Positions 48,449 through 56,779 of a stretch of DNA of 64,000 nucleotides are shown here, piece by piece. Below the pieces are notes generated by a model. It had not been told where the DNA came from and did no database searches. It saw nothing but the letters and a program-made list of their open reading frames with translations. Within the stretch, counting starts at the first letter, position 1, and every line of letters starts with the position of its first letter. The stretch is from an uncultured Alphaproteobacteria bacterium (GTDB lineage Bacteria; Pseudomonadota; Alphaproteobacteria; Rhizobiales; Hyphomicrobiaceae), in the NCBI GenBank assembly GCA_963732765.1, contig CAVTAS010000008.1, forward strand, positions 780,311-844,310. The letters are read 5' to 3'. The position numbers and the translations under genes are program-made.

Positions 48449-49771
48449 TTACAGCTTGCCTTCTTCCTTGAAGGTCGCGGTCCAATCGACGATCAGGGCG
48501 TCGAGCGCTTCCTTGGCGGTGCCCTTGTCGGCCACGACGTAGTCGTGCAGCCGCTTCTGCATCGCCTGCAGCAGCGTGGCGTAGGCCGGCTCCTGCCAGA
48601 AGTCCTGCACGCCGCCCATGGCTTCCAGGAATTGCGGCGCGAACGGCTGCGAAGTCTTGAAGCCCGCGTCATTCAGCACAGCGTTGTGGCAGGCATAACC
48701 GCCCAACGACCACCACTTCTTCTGCACCTCAGGCGTGGCGAACCACTTGATGTACTGCAGCGCCTGGTCCTTCAGGTCGGAGTTGGCGACCACCGAGATG
48801 CCCTGGCCGCCGAGCGTCGAGCCGGCGATCTTCTGGCCCGGGTTGACGAAGAAGCCGGTGACTTTGCCGACCTTCTCGTCCTTGGCCATGCCCGGCATGA
48901 ACGCGAACCAGTTCATCATCATGGCGACCTGGCCAGACTTGAACGCATCGAGACCTTCGCCCATGTAGCTGTCCGTATACCCCGGAGGTGTGCAGCACTT
49001 GTAGAGCGACTTGTAGAACTCGAGACCGGCAACAGCGTCAGCTGAGTTGACCGCGCCGTCCATGTCGTACTTGCCAGCGGTCTTCTCGTACTTGAAGCCG
49101 AACGGATAGAGCGCCGAGGTGGCGCCCATGGTGATGCCTTCGGACGCGCGCTCGGTGAAGATGGCGGCGCCATAGACTTTCTTGCCATCGACTTCGCGGC
49201 CCTGGAAGAATTCGGCCGTGTCCTTCAACTCGCTCCAGGTCTTGGGAACGTCGAGGTCGCGGCCATACTTCTTCTTGTATTCGGCCTGCAGTTCGGGTTT
49301 GGCGAACCAGTCCTTGCGATAGAACCAGCCGTTGGCGTCACCCATGGCCGGCAGCGCCCAGTAGTTCGGCGTACCCTTGGGCCAGGTCGAATAGGCGTAG
49401 ACGGTGGCGGGAGCGAAATCGCTCATCTTGATTCCTTCTTTGTCGAAGAAATCGTTGAGCTTCACATATTGCTTGTTCTCGGCTGAGCCGCCGATCCACT
49501 GACTGTCGCCGATCAGAAGATCGCACAGCTTGCCGCCGGAATTGAGCTCGTTGAGAATGCGGTCGGTAAAGTTCGGCCAGGGCGTGAATTCGAACTTCAT
49601 CTTGATGCCGGCCTGTTTCTCGAAATCCTTCGAGAGCTCGACCAGCGCGTTCGCCGGATCCCAGGCAGCCCAGCAGAGCGTCAGGTCCTTGGCCGAGGCC
49701 GTCGCGAGACTGCCCGTCCAAAGCGCACCCGCGAGGCCCAATGCCAGCGCGGACTTCAGCAAAGTCCTCAT
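48449..49771 (-). CDS. ABC transporter periplasmic substrate-binding protein (family 1, glycerol/sugar type)
   Basis: Signal peptide MRTLLKSALALGLAGALWTGSLATASA. Strong RBS GGGAGGAGA before the ATG at 49771. Confidence 0.85.
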   Translation of the reverse strand: MRTLLKSALALGLAGALWTGSLATASAKDLTLCWAAWDPANALVELSKDFEKQAGIKMKFEFTPWPNFTDRILNELNSGGKLCDLLIGDSQWIGGSAENKQYVKLNDFFDKEGIKMSDFAPATVYAYSTWPKGTPNYWALPAMGDANGWFYRKDWFAKPELQAEYKKKYGRDLDVPKTWSELKDTAEFFQGREVDGKKVYGAAIFTERASEGITMGATSALYPFGFKYEKTAGKYDMDGAVNSADAVAGLEFYKSLYKCCTPPGYTDSYMGEGLDAFKSGQVAMMMNWFAFMPGMAKDEKVGKVTGFFVNPGQKIAGSTLGGQGISVVANSDLKDQALQYIKWFATPEVQKKWWSLGGYACHNAVLNDAGFKTSQPFAPQFLEAMGGVQDFWQEPAYATLLQAMQKRLHDYVVADKGTAKEALDALIVDWTATFKEEGKL

Positions 49772-50162
49772 CTTGTCTCCTCCCATGTGGGTCAAACAAC
49801 GAGGCCGGCACATGCCGGTTCGCCGTACGTCAGTCGCCGCAACATGCGGTCGCTGATCCCGTTATCGCCGGCTCGACCGATAGGGCCGCAAGCCAGCGTT
49901 GTTTAGCAATTTTGTTTAGTGAAGCTCATTTCACTAAACTTGGCAAGGGCGTCGCGAATCTTTTTTCGACTGGCGCGCATCTGCAGGGCATACGCATCAA
50001 ACGGCGGGGCGAAGTGCCGAATCTGCCAAGTGCCAAGCCGGTCGGCCGCAAATTCCGGCACGACCAGCGGGCCGGCGTTCAAACTCTTTTTATCGAAGCC
50101 TGCTAGCCTTACGGGCTCGAAAGCCGTCGCCGTGCGCAAGCGCCAGGCCGTCACAGGGAGGC

Positions 50163-50576
50163 ATGCCCATGACCAATTTCGTCCTGATCGACCCGCTTCG
50201 TCGCCCCGCGTCCGTGAATACCGCGCCGGCAGCGCGCGCGCCGCAGCAACGCCAGCCGCAAGCCGCGCGCGGCAGCAATCGCCGCGAAGATAGCCGCGCC
50301 CCCTCGCGCATTCGCGGCCTCGTCGCTGGCAACGCGGGTGTGGCCGACATCCGCTGCGAGATCATCGATCAGTCGGCCTCGGGCGTGCAGATCGAGGTCC
50401 CGGCCAACACCGACGGCATCGGCACGCGCGTGCGCGACATCCCGGAACGCTGTGAGCTGACGATGCAGACCTATGGGGCGGCGTCGCAGGTGCAATGCCT
50501 GGTAGTCTGGCGCCGCGGCCGCCGCGCGGGGCTGCGGTACCTGGGGCCGGTGAAGAAGGTGGCAGTGAGGAGATAG
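50163..50576 (+). CDS. PilZ-domain (c-di-GMP-binding) protein
   Basis: RxxxR-type N-terminal motif (NRREDSRAPSR) and a D/SxSxxG-like motif (DQSASGVQIE). Confidence 0.5.
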   Translation: MPMTNFVLIDPLRRPASVNTAPAARAPQQRQPQAARGSNRREDSRAPSRIRGLVAGNAGVADIRCEIIDQSASGVQIEVPANTDGIGTRVRDIPERCELTMQTYGAASQVQCLVVWRRGRRAGLRYLGPVKKVAVRR

Positions 50577-50583
50577 GGTGCCC

Positions 50584-51723
50584 TCACCCCTCCGCCGCAA
50601 ACACCAGCATCGCCGCCGGGTCCACGCGCACGCCGACGTCCTCGCCGCGGCGCACCGGGACGGTCACGCGCAGGCGGGCGCGCAGCACGCTGTCCAGGCC
50701 ATCGACGGCCAGGTCGACGATCACCACGTCGCCCATGAATTTGACGTCGAGGACGCGGGCGGCGCGGCCCTGGCCGGCGGGCAGGAGTTCGACACCGCGC
50801 TGGCGCACGCAGAGCACGGCGCTGGCGCCCTCCGCCAACCCCGGGGCGGGCAGCGACCCTAGCGCGGTGGCGATGGCGCCGGAGCGCACCACCGCGGGCA
50901 CTTCGTTGATGTCGGAGAACAGTCTGGCCACGAACAGATCCGCAGGCGCGGCATAGAGCGCTTCCGCCTTGCCCTGCTGGATGATCCGTCCACCGCGTAG
51001 CACCAGGATGCGGTCGGCCAGCCGCATCGCCTCCTCGGGATCGTGCGTGACGATGATCGAGGTCGCCTTGGTCTCGCGCAGCACCTGCAGCGTCTCTTCC
51101 TGCATGGAGTGGCGCAGCTGCACGTCGAGGCCCGAGAAGGGTTCGTCCATCAGCAGCACGCCGGGGCGCGGGGCCATGGCGCGGGCGAGCGCGACACGCT
51201 GTTGCTCTCCCCCCGACAAACTATGCGGATAGCTCTGGGCATAGCGGGCCAGGCCGACCCGTTCGAGGGCGGCCAGCGCCACGCGCCGGCTCTGGTCGGC
51301 CGGCAGCGCCCACAGGCCGAACGTGACATTCTCCAGGATGGTGAGATGCGGGAAAAGCGCGAAATCCTGAAACATCAGGCCGATGTTGCGCTTTTCGGGC
51401 GGCACGAAGCGTTCCTCGCCTGCGACCTCCATGCCGTTGAACAGCACGCGTCCCTTCGACGGCTTCTCGATACCGGCGGCGATGCGCAGCAACGTGGTCT
51501 TGCCGCAGCCCGAGGGGCCGAGCAGGCAGACGATTTCGCTTGGGCTGACTTCCAGCGTGACGCCGGAAAGAGCGTGCGTCGGCCCGTACCATCGGTGCAC
51601 GTCCTCGAAGCGCAACGCGGACGCAAAGGTGGCGCCGGCCGAGCCGCGACGGCCCCAACTGGCGCCAGTCGCGGCGCCATCGTCCGCTGGCGGAGCATTC
51701 TGCGAGACGGGGGCCAGGGTCAC
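50584..51723 (-). CDS. ABC transporter ATP-binding protein (FbpC/PotA-like) with no cognate permease or substrate-binding protein in the window
   Basis: GPSGCGKTT, LSGGEQQRVALARA, and a C-terminal TOBE-like domain. Confidence 0.75.
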   Translation of the reverse strand: MTLAPVSQNAPPADDGAATGASWGRRGSAGATFASALRFEDVHRWYGPTHALSGVTLEVSPSEIVCLLGPSGCGKTTLLRIAAGIEKPSKGRVLFNGMEVAGEERFVPPEKRNIGLMFQDFALFPHLTILENVTFGLWALPADQSRRVALAALERVGLARYAQSYPHSLSGGEQQRVALARAMAPRPGVLLMDEPFSGLDVQLRHSMQEETLQVLRETKATSIIVTHDPEEAMRLADRILVLRGGRIIQQGKAEALYAAPADLFVARLFSDINEVPAVVRSGAIATALGSLPAPGLAEGASAVLCVRQRGVELLPAGQGRAARVLDVKFMGDVVIVDLAVDGLDSVLRARLRVTVPVRRGEDVGVRVDPAAMLVFAAEG

Positions 51724-51777
51724 GATTGGGGTGGCGCCCCGTCGTCAACCGGAAATGGCAGTACCCAAGGGCAACCC

Positions 51778-51893
51778 AATGGCGTCATCCCGGCACAGGC
51801 CGGGACCTGTCCGAGGTGCAGGAGGATGCGCCGGTCGTTCAAAGCGCTCATTCGTCGTCACTTCGGGCTTGGACGGGTCCCGGCCTGCGCCGG
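51778..51893. repeat. Inverted repeat GTCATCCCGGCACAGGCCGGGAC … GTCCCGGCCTGCGCCGGGATGAC. The right arm lies inside the scpB 3' coding end.
   Basis: 23-bp arms about 70 bp apart. The right arm encodes …SSRRRPGP… of the ScpB C-terminus. Confidence 0.4.
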
Positions 51894-52660
51894 GATGACG
51901 AAGCGGGCGACTCCGGGTCTTCGGTGTCCCCTAGCATTTCATCTCCGCCGTCCATGTTTTCGGGATCGTCCGCCGCCGTCCCATCGCTCTCGTCCTCGGC
52001 ATCTAGCGGCAACTCATCGGCCTGCAGACTTGCCAGCAGTTCGGGATCAGGCACCTTGAAGCCGGGGGGAAGACTGGAATCGAGCAGGCCGGCCCCCTTC
52101 AGTTCGGCCGCGCCCGGAAGATCGGCGAGGCTCTCGAGCCCGAAATGGTTCAGGAACCCCTCGGCGGTGCCATAAGTGACCGGCCGCCCCGGTGCCCGCC
52201 GGCGCCCGCGTAAGCGCACCCAGCCGGTCTCCATCAGCGCATCCAGCGTGCCCTTGGACGTGGCCACGCCGCGGATCGCCTCCACCTCGGCGCGCGTCAC
52301 CGGCTGGTGGTAGGCGATGATGGCCAGCGTTTCGAGAGCGGCGCGCGAGAGACGCTTTTCGGTCTGGGATTGCTTCTCCAGCAGATAGCCAAGATCCGCC
52401 GCAGTGCGGAACGCCCATTTGCCCGCGACCTTGACGAGGTTGACGCCGCGCGGGGCATAGACCGTCTGGAGCTGCTGCAGCAACCCGGGGATATGGGCGG
52501 AGGGCGGTAACTCCTTGGCGAGGTCCGTGACGGCCAGCGGGGCGGGCGCAGCAAACAGCAGCGCTTCAAGCACGCGCAATTGCTGCGCGGTCTCGGCGGT
52601 GGCCTCAGGCGCTTGGGGCGGTTCGGGCATTCGCGGGCGTTTCTGTGCGGCGGCAGTCAA
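51848..52660 (-). CDS. scpB: Segregation and condensation protein B
   Basis: …LRVLEALLFAAPAPLAVTDLA… and an acidic C-terminal tail. Start is TTG at 52660 or ATG at 52630. Confidence 0.8.
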   Translation of the reverse strand: MTAAAQKRPRMPEPPQAPEATAETAQQLRVLEALLFAAPAPLAVTDLAKELPPSAHIPGLLQQLQTVYAPRGVNLVKVAGKWAFRTAADLGYLLEKQSQTEKRLSRAALETLAIIAYHQPVTRAEVEAIRGVATSKGTLDALMETGWVRLRGRRRAPGRPVTYGTAEGFLNHFGLESLADLPGAAELKGAGLLDSSLPPGFKVPDPELLASLQADELPLDAEDESDGTAADDPENMDGGDEMLGDTEDPESPASSSRRRPGPVQARSDDE

Positions 52661-52765
52661 GGTGGCGGTCGTCCTTCGTGTTCGAGCTGCGGGACCGGCC
52701 GCACCCCAGACCGCCCAATGTAGAGGGCGCGCGCAAGCTTGTCCAAGGGTGGAAAAAGGGGGTAG

Positions 52766-52856
52766 ATAAACGGGGACAGTTTACTTATATCGCCAGCAAC
52801 AGACTTCAACCTGACGTAAGCCGTCCAGCGCGATATAAGTAAACTGTCCCCGTTTA
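52766..52856. repeat. Family C element: perfect 28-bp inverted repeat GATAAACGGGGACAGTTTACTTATATCGC with a 35-nt spacer, between scpA and scpB
   Basis: Exact reverse-complement arms. Core AAACGGGGACAGTTTAC is shared with the element at 58564-58659. Confidence 0.65.
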
Positions 52857-52866
52857 TTTTTCCCGC

Positions 52867-53700
52867 TTAATCCCCGACCACCCGCAAGTGCGTCTTCGTC
52901 CGCACAAAGAGTTTGCCATAGGGCTCGGCCTGTTGCAGCTCCAGCCGGCCGTCGCGGGTCAGCTCCAGCACGGCGCCAAGCGATGCGGCGGTGACCGTTT
53001 TACGGTCCATGCTGGCGGTCAGGTACTGGCCCATCAGGCCGTCGAAATCGGCCCAGTCCGGGAGCGCGCCGACCATCCGTTCGAGCCGCGTGCGCGCCTC
53101 CTTGATCGACCACACCTCGCGCCGCTTGATGACGTGATGGCTCTGTACGGAGCGCTTCCGCTGGTCGGCGTAGGCGCGCAAAAGATCGTACATGGAGACG
53201 TCGTAAGTCTCTGATTTTATGATGCGAATTGGTTCGGGCTCGCCGCGTGGAAAGATCGAGCGGCCCAGCCGGTCGCGCGCCATCAGGCGGGCGGCGGCCT
53301 CGCGCATGGCGCTAAGGCGCTGCAGCCGGAAGGCCAGCTGCATGGCCAGTTCCTCGCCGCTCAAGCCCGGCTCGTCGGGGGCCTTGGGCAGCAGCAGGCG
53401 CGACTTCAGGAACGTCAGCCAGGCCGCCATGACGAGATAGTCGGCGGCCGTCTCCAGCCTGAGCGGCCCGGCGCGCTCGATGAAGGCGATGTACTGGCCC
53501 GCCAGCGCCGCCATCGAGACGTGCTTCAGGTCCAGCTTGTGGGTCCGGGCCAGCGCCAGCAGCAGGTCGAGCGGGCCCTCGAAACCGGCGAGATCGACGA
53601 TCAGGGAGTTTGCGTCCGGGCGTGGAAACGCGTCGGCTTCGAAGTCGGAGTCGGAGTTGTCAGAATAAGTGGTTGATATCATTGAATATTCCAAGATCAT
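52867..53700 (-). CDS. scpA: Segregation and condensation protein A
   Basis: …LIVDLAGFEGPLDLLLALARTHKLDL…. Confidence 0.8.
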   Translation of the reverse strand: MILEYSMISTTYSDNSDSDFEADAFPRPDANSLIVDLAGFEGPLDLLLALARTHKLDLKHVSMAALAGQYIAFIERAGPLRLETAADYLVMAAWLTFLKSRLLLPKAPDEPGLSGEELAMQLAFRLQRLSAMREAAARLMARDRLGRSIFPRGEPEPIRIIKSETYDVSMYDLLRAYADQRKRSVQSHHVIKRREVWSIKEARTRLERMVGALPDWADFDGLMGQYLTASMDRKTVTAASLGAVLELTRDGRLELQQAEPYGKLFVRTKTHLRVVGD

Positions 53701-54725
53701 GCGAAGTTGGACTGTACCGCCAGCACCTCACCCAGAGCCTCCAGCGCCTCCGACACATCGAACGCTCCGGGTACGCCGCGTCGCGCCAGCGCGGCCTCGA
53801 AACGGTCGAGCGAACGCCCCTCCAGGAAGGGCGTTTGCTCCGCCACGTCCAGCATCTCCTCGAGCTTGCCGTTGCAGTGCAGAACCACGTCGCAACCGGC
53901 GCCCAGCACCGCCACCGCCCGCTCGCCCGGTGTGCCGCCGAGCGCCTGCATTGAGAGATCGTCGCTGAGCAGGAGACCGTGGAAACCGATCTCGCCGCGG
54001 ATCACGGTTTCCACTACCAGGCGCGAAGTGGTGGCCGGGCCGTTGCGGTCAATGTCCGTATAGAGAATATGCGCCGTCATGCCGATTGGCAGATCGTTGA
54101 GGGCCTGGAACGGGCGGAAGTCGGTCGCCGCCAGTTCGTCGATGGAGGTGGCGACCACCGGCAGCATCTTGTGGCTGTCGGACTTGGCGCGGCCGTGGCC
54201 GGGCATGTGCTTCATGCAGGGCAGGATGCCGCCGTGGGAGAGACCGTCCGCCACCGCGCGGCCGAGCGCGACGATCATCTCGACGTCCGGGCCGTAGGCG
54301 CGGTCGCCGATGGCGTCCGTGATGCCGGGGACCGGCAGGTCCAGCACTGGCGCGCAGTTGGTGTTGAGCCCAAGCGCGCGCAAGTCCATCGCGTTGACCT
54401 GGGCCACCGCGCGGGCGGCGCTGACGGCCAGCGCGGGGTCGTCCCGGTACAGATGGCCGAAGCTGGCGGCGGGTGGCAATTGGCGCCAGTGCGGCGGTTG
54501 CAGGCGCTGTACGCGGCCCCCCTCCTGGTCGATCAGGATCAGCAGATCGTCGCTGCCTATCGCGTCCTTGAAGCCGTTGACCAGCGCGCGTACCTGTTCC
54601 GGGCTTTGGCAGTTGCGCTTGAACAGGATGAGGCCGCAGGGGCGCGCGTCCTGCAGGAAGCGCCATTCGTCCCCGGTCAGGGCCTCGCCGGCGACCCCGG
54701 TGATGAAGGCGGAGAGCATGGCCAT
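53697..54725 (-). CDS. nagZ: Beta-N-acetylhexosaminidase (GH3)
   Basis: …LILFKRN…IDQEGGRVQRL… GH3 NagZ profile. Confidence 0.85.
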   Translation of the reverse strand: MAMLSAFITGVAGEALTGDEWRFLQDARPCGLILFKRNCQSPEQVRALVNGFKDAIGSDDLLILIDQEGGRVQRLQPPHWRQLPPAASFGHLYRDDPALAVSAARAVAQVNAMDLRALGLNTNCAPVLDLPVPGITDAIGDRAYGPDVEMIVALGRAVADGLSHGGILPCMKHMPGHGRAKSDSHKMLPVVATSIDELAATDFRPFQALNDLPIGMTAHILYTDIDRNGPATTSRLVVETVIRGEIGFHGLLLSDDLSMQALGGTPGERAVAVLGAGCDVVLHCNGKLEEMLDVAEQTPFLEGRSLDRFEAALARRGVPGAFDVSEALEALGEVLAVQSNFA

Positions 54726-54827
54726 GGCGCGGGCTCCGGTTCAGGCAAAAGAGGGCAGCAAAAAGGGGCGGCCACTGGCCACCCCGGAACGTTACACGCG
54801 ATCAGCCGATGCCCAGATCCACCAGGA

Positions 54828-56738
54828 TCAATAGGCCGCGACGATGCAATCCTTGAGGCCGCTGGCTTTCAGTTTGATGCACAGGTTCTTGACCGCGGCT
54901 CCCGACCCCGGAGGACCAATGCGCAGGCGATACTTCGTGCCCTGTGCGCCCAGATCGACTTCCTGGATGTCGGGCTGGCCATCGCCGAGCAGCTCGCCGA
55001 ATTTCTGTTGCATATCAGCGAAGTAAGCCAGTGACTCGGCCTGCGTCTTGCCCGAGAAGACCTGCAGAATATAGCCGCCGCCGCCCGCGGGCTTGGGCGG
55101 TGCAGCGGGCTGCACAATCGCAACCTTGGGCTTGGCAGGCGGCGCGGGCGCAACTTGCGGCTCGACAACCTCGGCAGCCGGATCGACCGCGGGCTCAACG
55201 GCGGCAACCTTGGCAAGTTTCTTGACGGCAGCGGCCGCAGCCGGAGGCTTTGCCGGCACCAGCTTCACCGGCGCCTCGACGGCCTCCGCAGCCACCTGTT
55301 CGGCGTCGGCGGCGACATCGACGACGGCCGTCTCGGCGGCCACGACCGCGGCTTTGGCCTTGGCCTTCAGCGTTGCGGCATCGGGGACTTTCGGTTTGGC
55401 GGGGGGCAATTCGGGCTCGCCGAGCGAGATGCCGGGGACGCCGTGATCCTCGAGCGACGCCGCAGCCACGGTGGCCTCAATGGGCTGGCCGGGCTTGACG
55501 ACGACAGTCGGCACCTTGCGTGGCATCGCCACCACATCGGTCTGACCGTTGGCATTGCCCTCCATCGTGGTCGCCACCTGCTCCTGGCTGGTAACGACGG
55601 TAGCTGCGCCATCCGGCGTCTCGCCAGCGCGGTCGAGAATGGTCTTCTTGCCGGTGTCGAAGGTCTGCCCTCCGGCATCAACCGGCGGAGTCTTGGTCGG
55701 GGACTTCTCGGCCTGGAAAACGCGCGTGCCCCCGCTCTTGCCACCAGAACCCATGCTCAACTTGTAGGCATAACCAAGCCCGCCTCCGACCACGATAGCG
55801 ACAGCCAGCGCGGCCAGGACGTAAAGACCACGACGGCTCTTGGACACCGGCTCGTCGGCGTACTCTTCCTCGTCGTCGTCAGCCTCGAAGTCTTCGTCGG
55901 CCGCTTCGGTATCGGCCAGGTTGGAATAGGGCTCGTCGCCGTAGCCGTCCTGAGCGTATCCGTAGGGCTGATTGCGGGCCGCGCCGTGTGCGCCGTTGGG
56001 CGCGGCAAGCGGTGGACGTTTGGATTGAGCCTCCAGATAGGGATCGCGGCCCCGCGTCGGCGGCACGATCTCCTGCTGGGCAGCGGCTGCTGGCGGTGCA
56101 TAGCCGTTGGCAACCGGGCGCTGCGTTTGCCCTGGACGGCCCTGGGTGGCGCCCTGCGCTGCTGGGCGCACGGGGGCACCGCGCTCGCCCGGCGCGGGGG
56201 CAGCGTAGCGGCGCTCTGTCATGGGTGGGGCACCCGGGGGCAACTGCTGCGGCGCTGCCGGCTGCAGCGGGCGCTGACCGTTCGGGGCGGCACCTTGGGG
56301 TGCGCGCTGCTGCTGCTGTTGCTGCGGCGCCTGATAGGGGTCTTGCTGATAGGCCTGCTGGCCCTGCGGCGGAAACTCCAGCCGCGGGTCCTGCCGGCTA
56401 TTCTGGCGCGGGTCGGCATAGGGGCGCGCGGGATCGGCGGCCTGCTGGCGCGGCGGCGGATTGGGATTGCCTTGCGGCAGGTAGGGATCGAAACGCGGCG
56501 TCACGCCTGGCTGCGCGCCACGCGGCTGCTCGCGCTGCGGATCGGGGGCCAAGGGAATGCCGGTCTGGTTCGGCCCGCGCATAGGTGCCTCGCTGCGCAA
56601 ACGCGGATCGGCCTGCCGCGGATCGACGAGCCGCGGATCAACGCGCCGCTGTCCCTGCAGGCTATCGTCGTAGCCCTGTTCAAATCCACCAGCGGTGCGG
56701 CCGGCTCCCCTGGCAAGCGTGTCTTCCGGCCTCGCCAT
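54828..56738 (-). CDS. Pro/Gln/Ala-rich membrane protein with a C-terminal SPOR domain
   Basis: Long low-complexity region, one TM, and a C-terminal YILQVFSGKTQAESLAYFADMQQKF…YRLRIGP SPOR fold. Confidence 0.75.
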   Translation of the reverse strand: MARPEDTLARGAGRTAGGFEQGYDDSLQGQRRVDPRLVDPRQADPRLRSEAPMRGPNQTGIPLAPDPQREQPRGAQPGVTPRFDPYLPQGNPNPPPRQQAADPARPYADPRQNSRQDPRLEFPPQGQQAYQQDPYQAPQQQQQQRAPQGAAPNGQRPLQPAAPQQLPPGAPPMTERRYAAPAPGERGAPVRPAAQGATQGRPGQTQRPVANGYAPPAAAAQQEIVPPTRGRDPYLEAQSKRPPLAAPNGAHGAARNQPYGYAQDGYGDEPYSNLADTEAADEDFEADDDEEEYADEPVSKSRRGLYVLAALAVAIVVGGGLGYAYKLSMGSGGKSGGTRVFQAEKSPTKTPPVDAGGQTFDTGKKTILDRAGETPDGAATVVTSQEQVATTMEGNANGQTDVVAMPRKVPTVVVKPGQPIEATVAAASLEDHGVPGISLGEPELPPAKPKVPDAATLKAKAKAAVVAAETAVVDVAADAEQVAAEAVEAPVKLVPAKPPAAAAAVKKLAKVAAVEPAVDPAAEVVEPQVAPAPPAKPKVAIVQPAAPPKPAGGGGYILQVFSGKTQAESLAYFADMQQKFGELLGDGQPDIQEVDLGAQGTKYRLRIGPPGSGAAVKNLCIKLKASGLKDCIVAAY

Positions 56739-56779
56739 AGCGCTATCCTTGCAACCAGTACCTACGTCCGAATCGCAGT

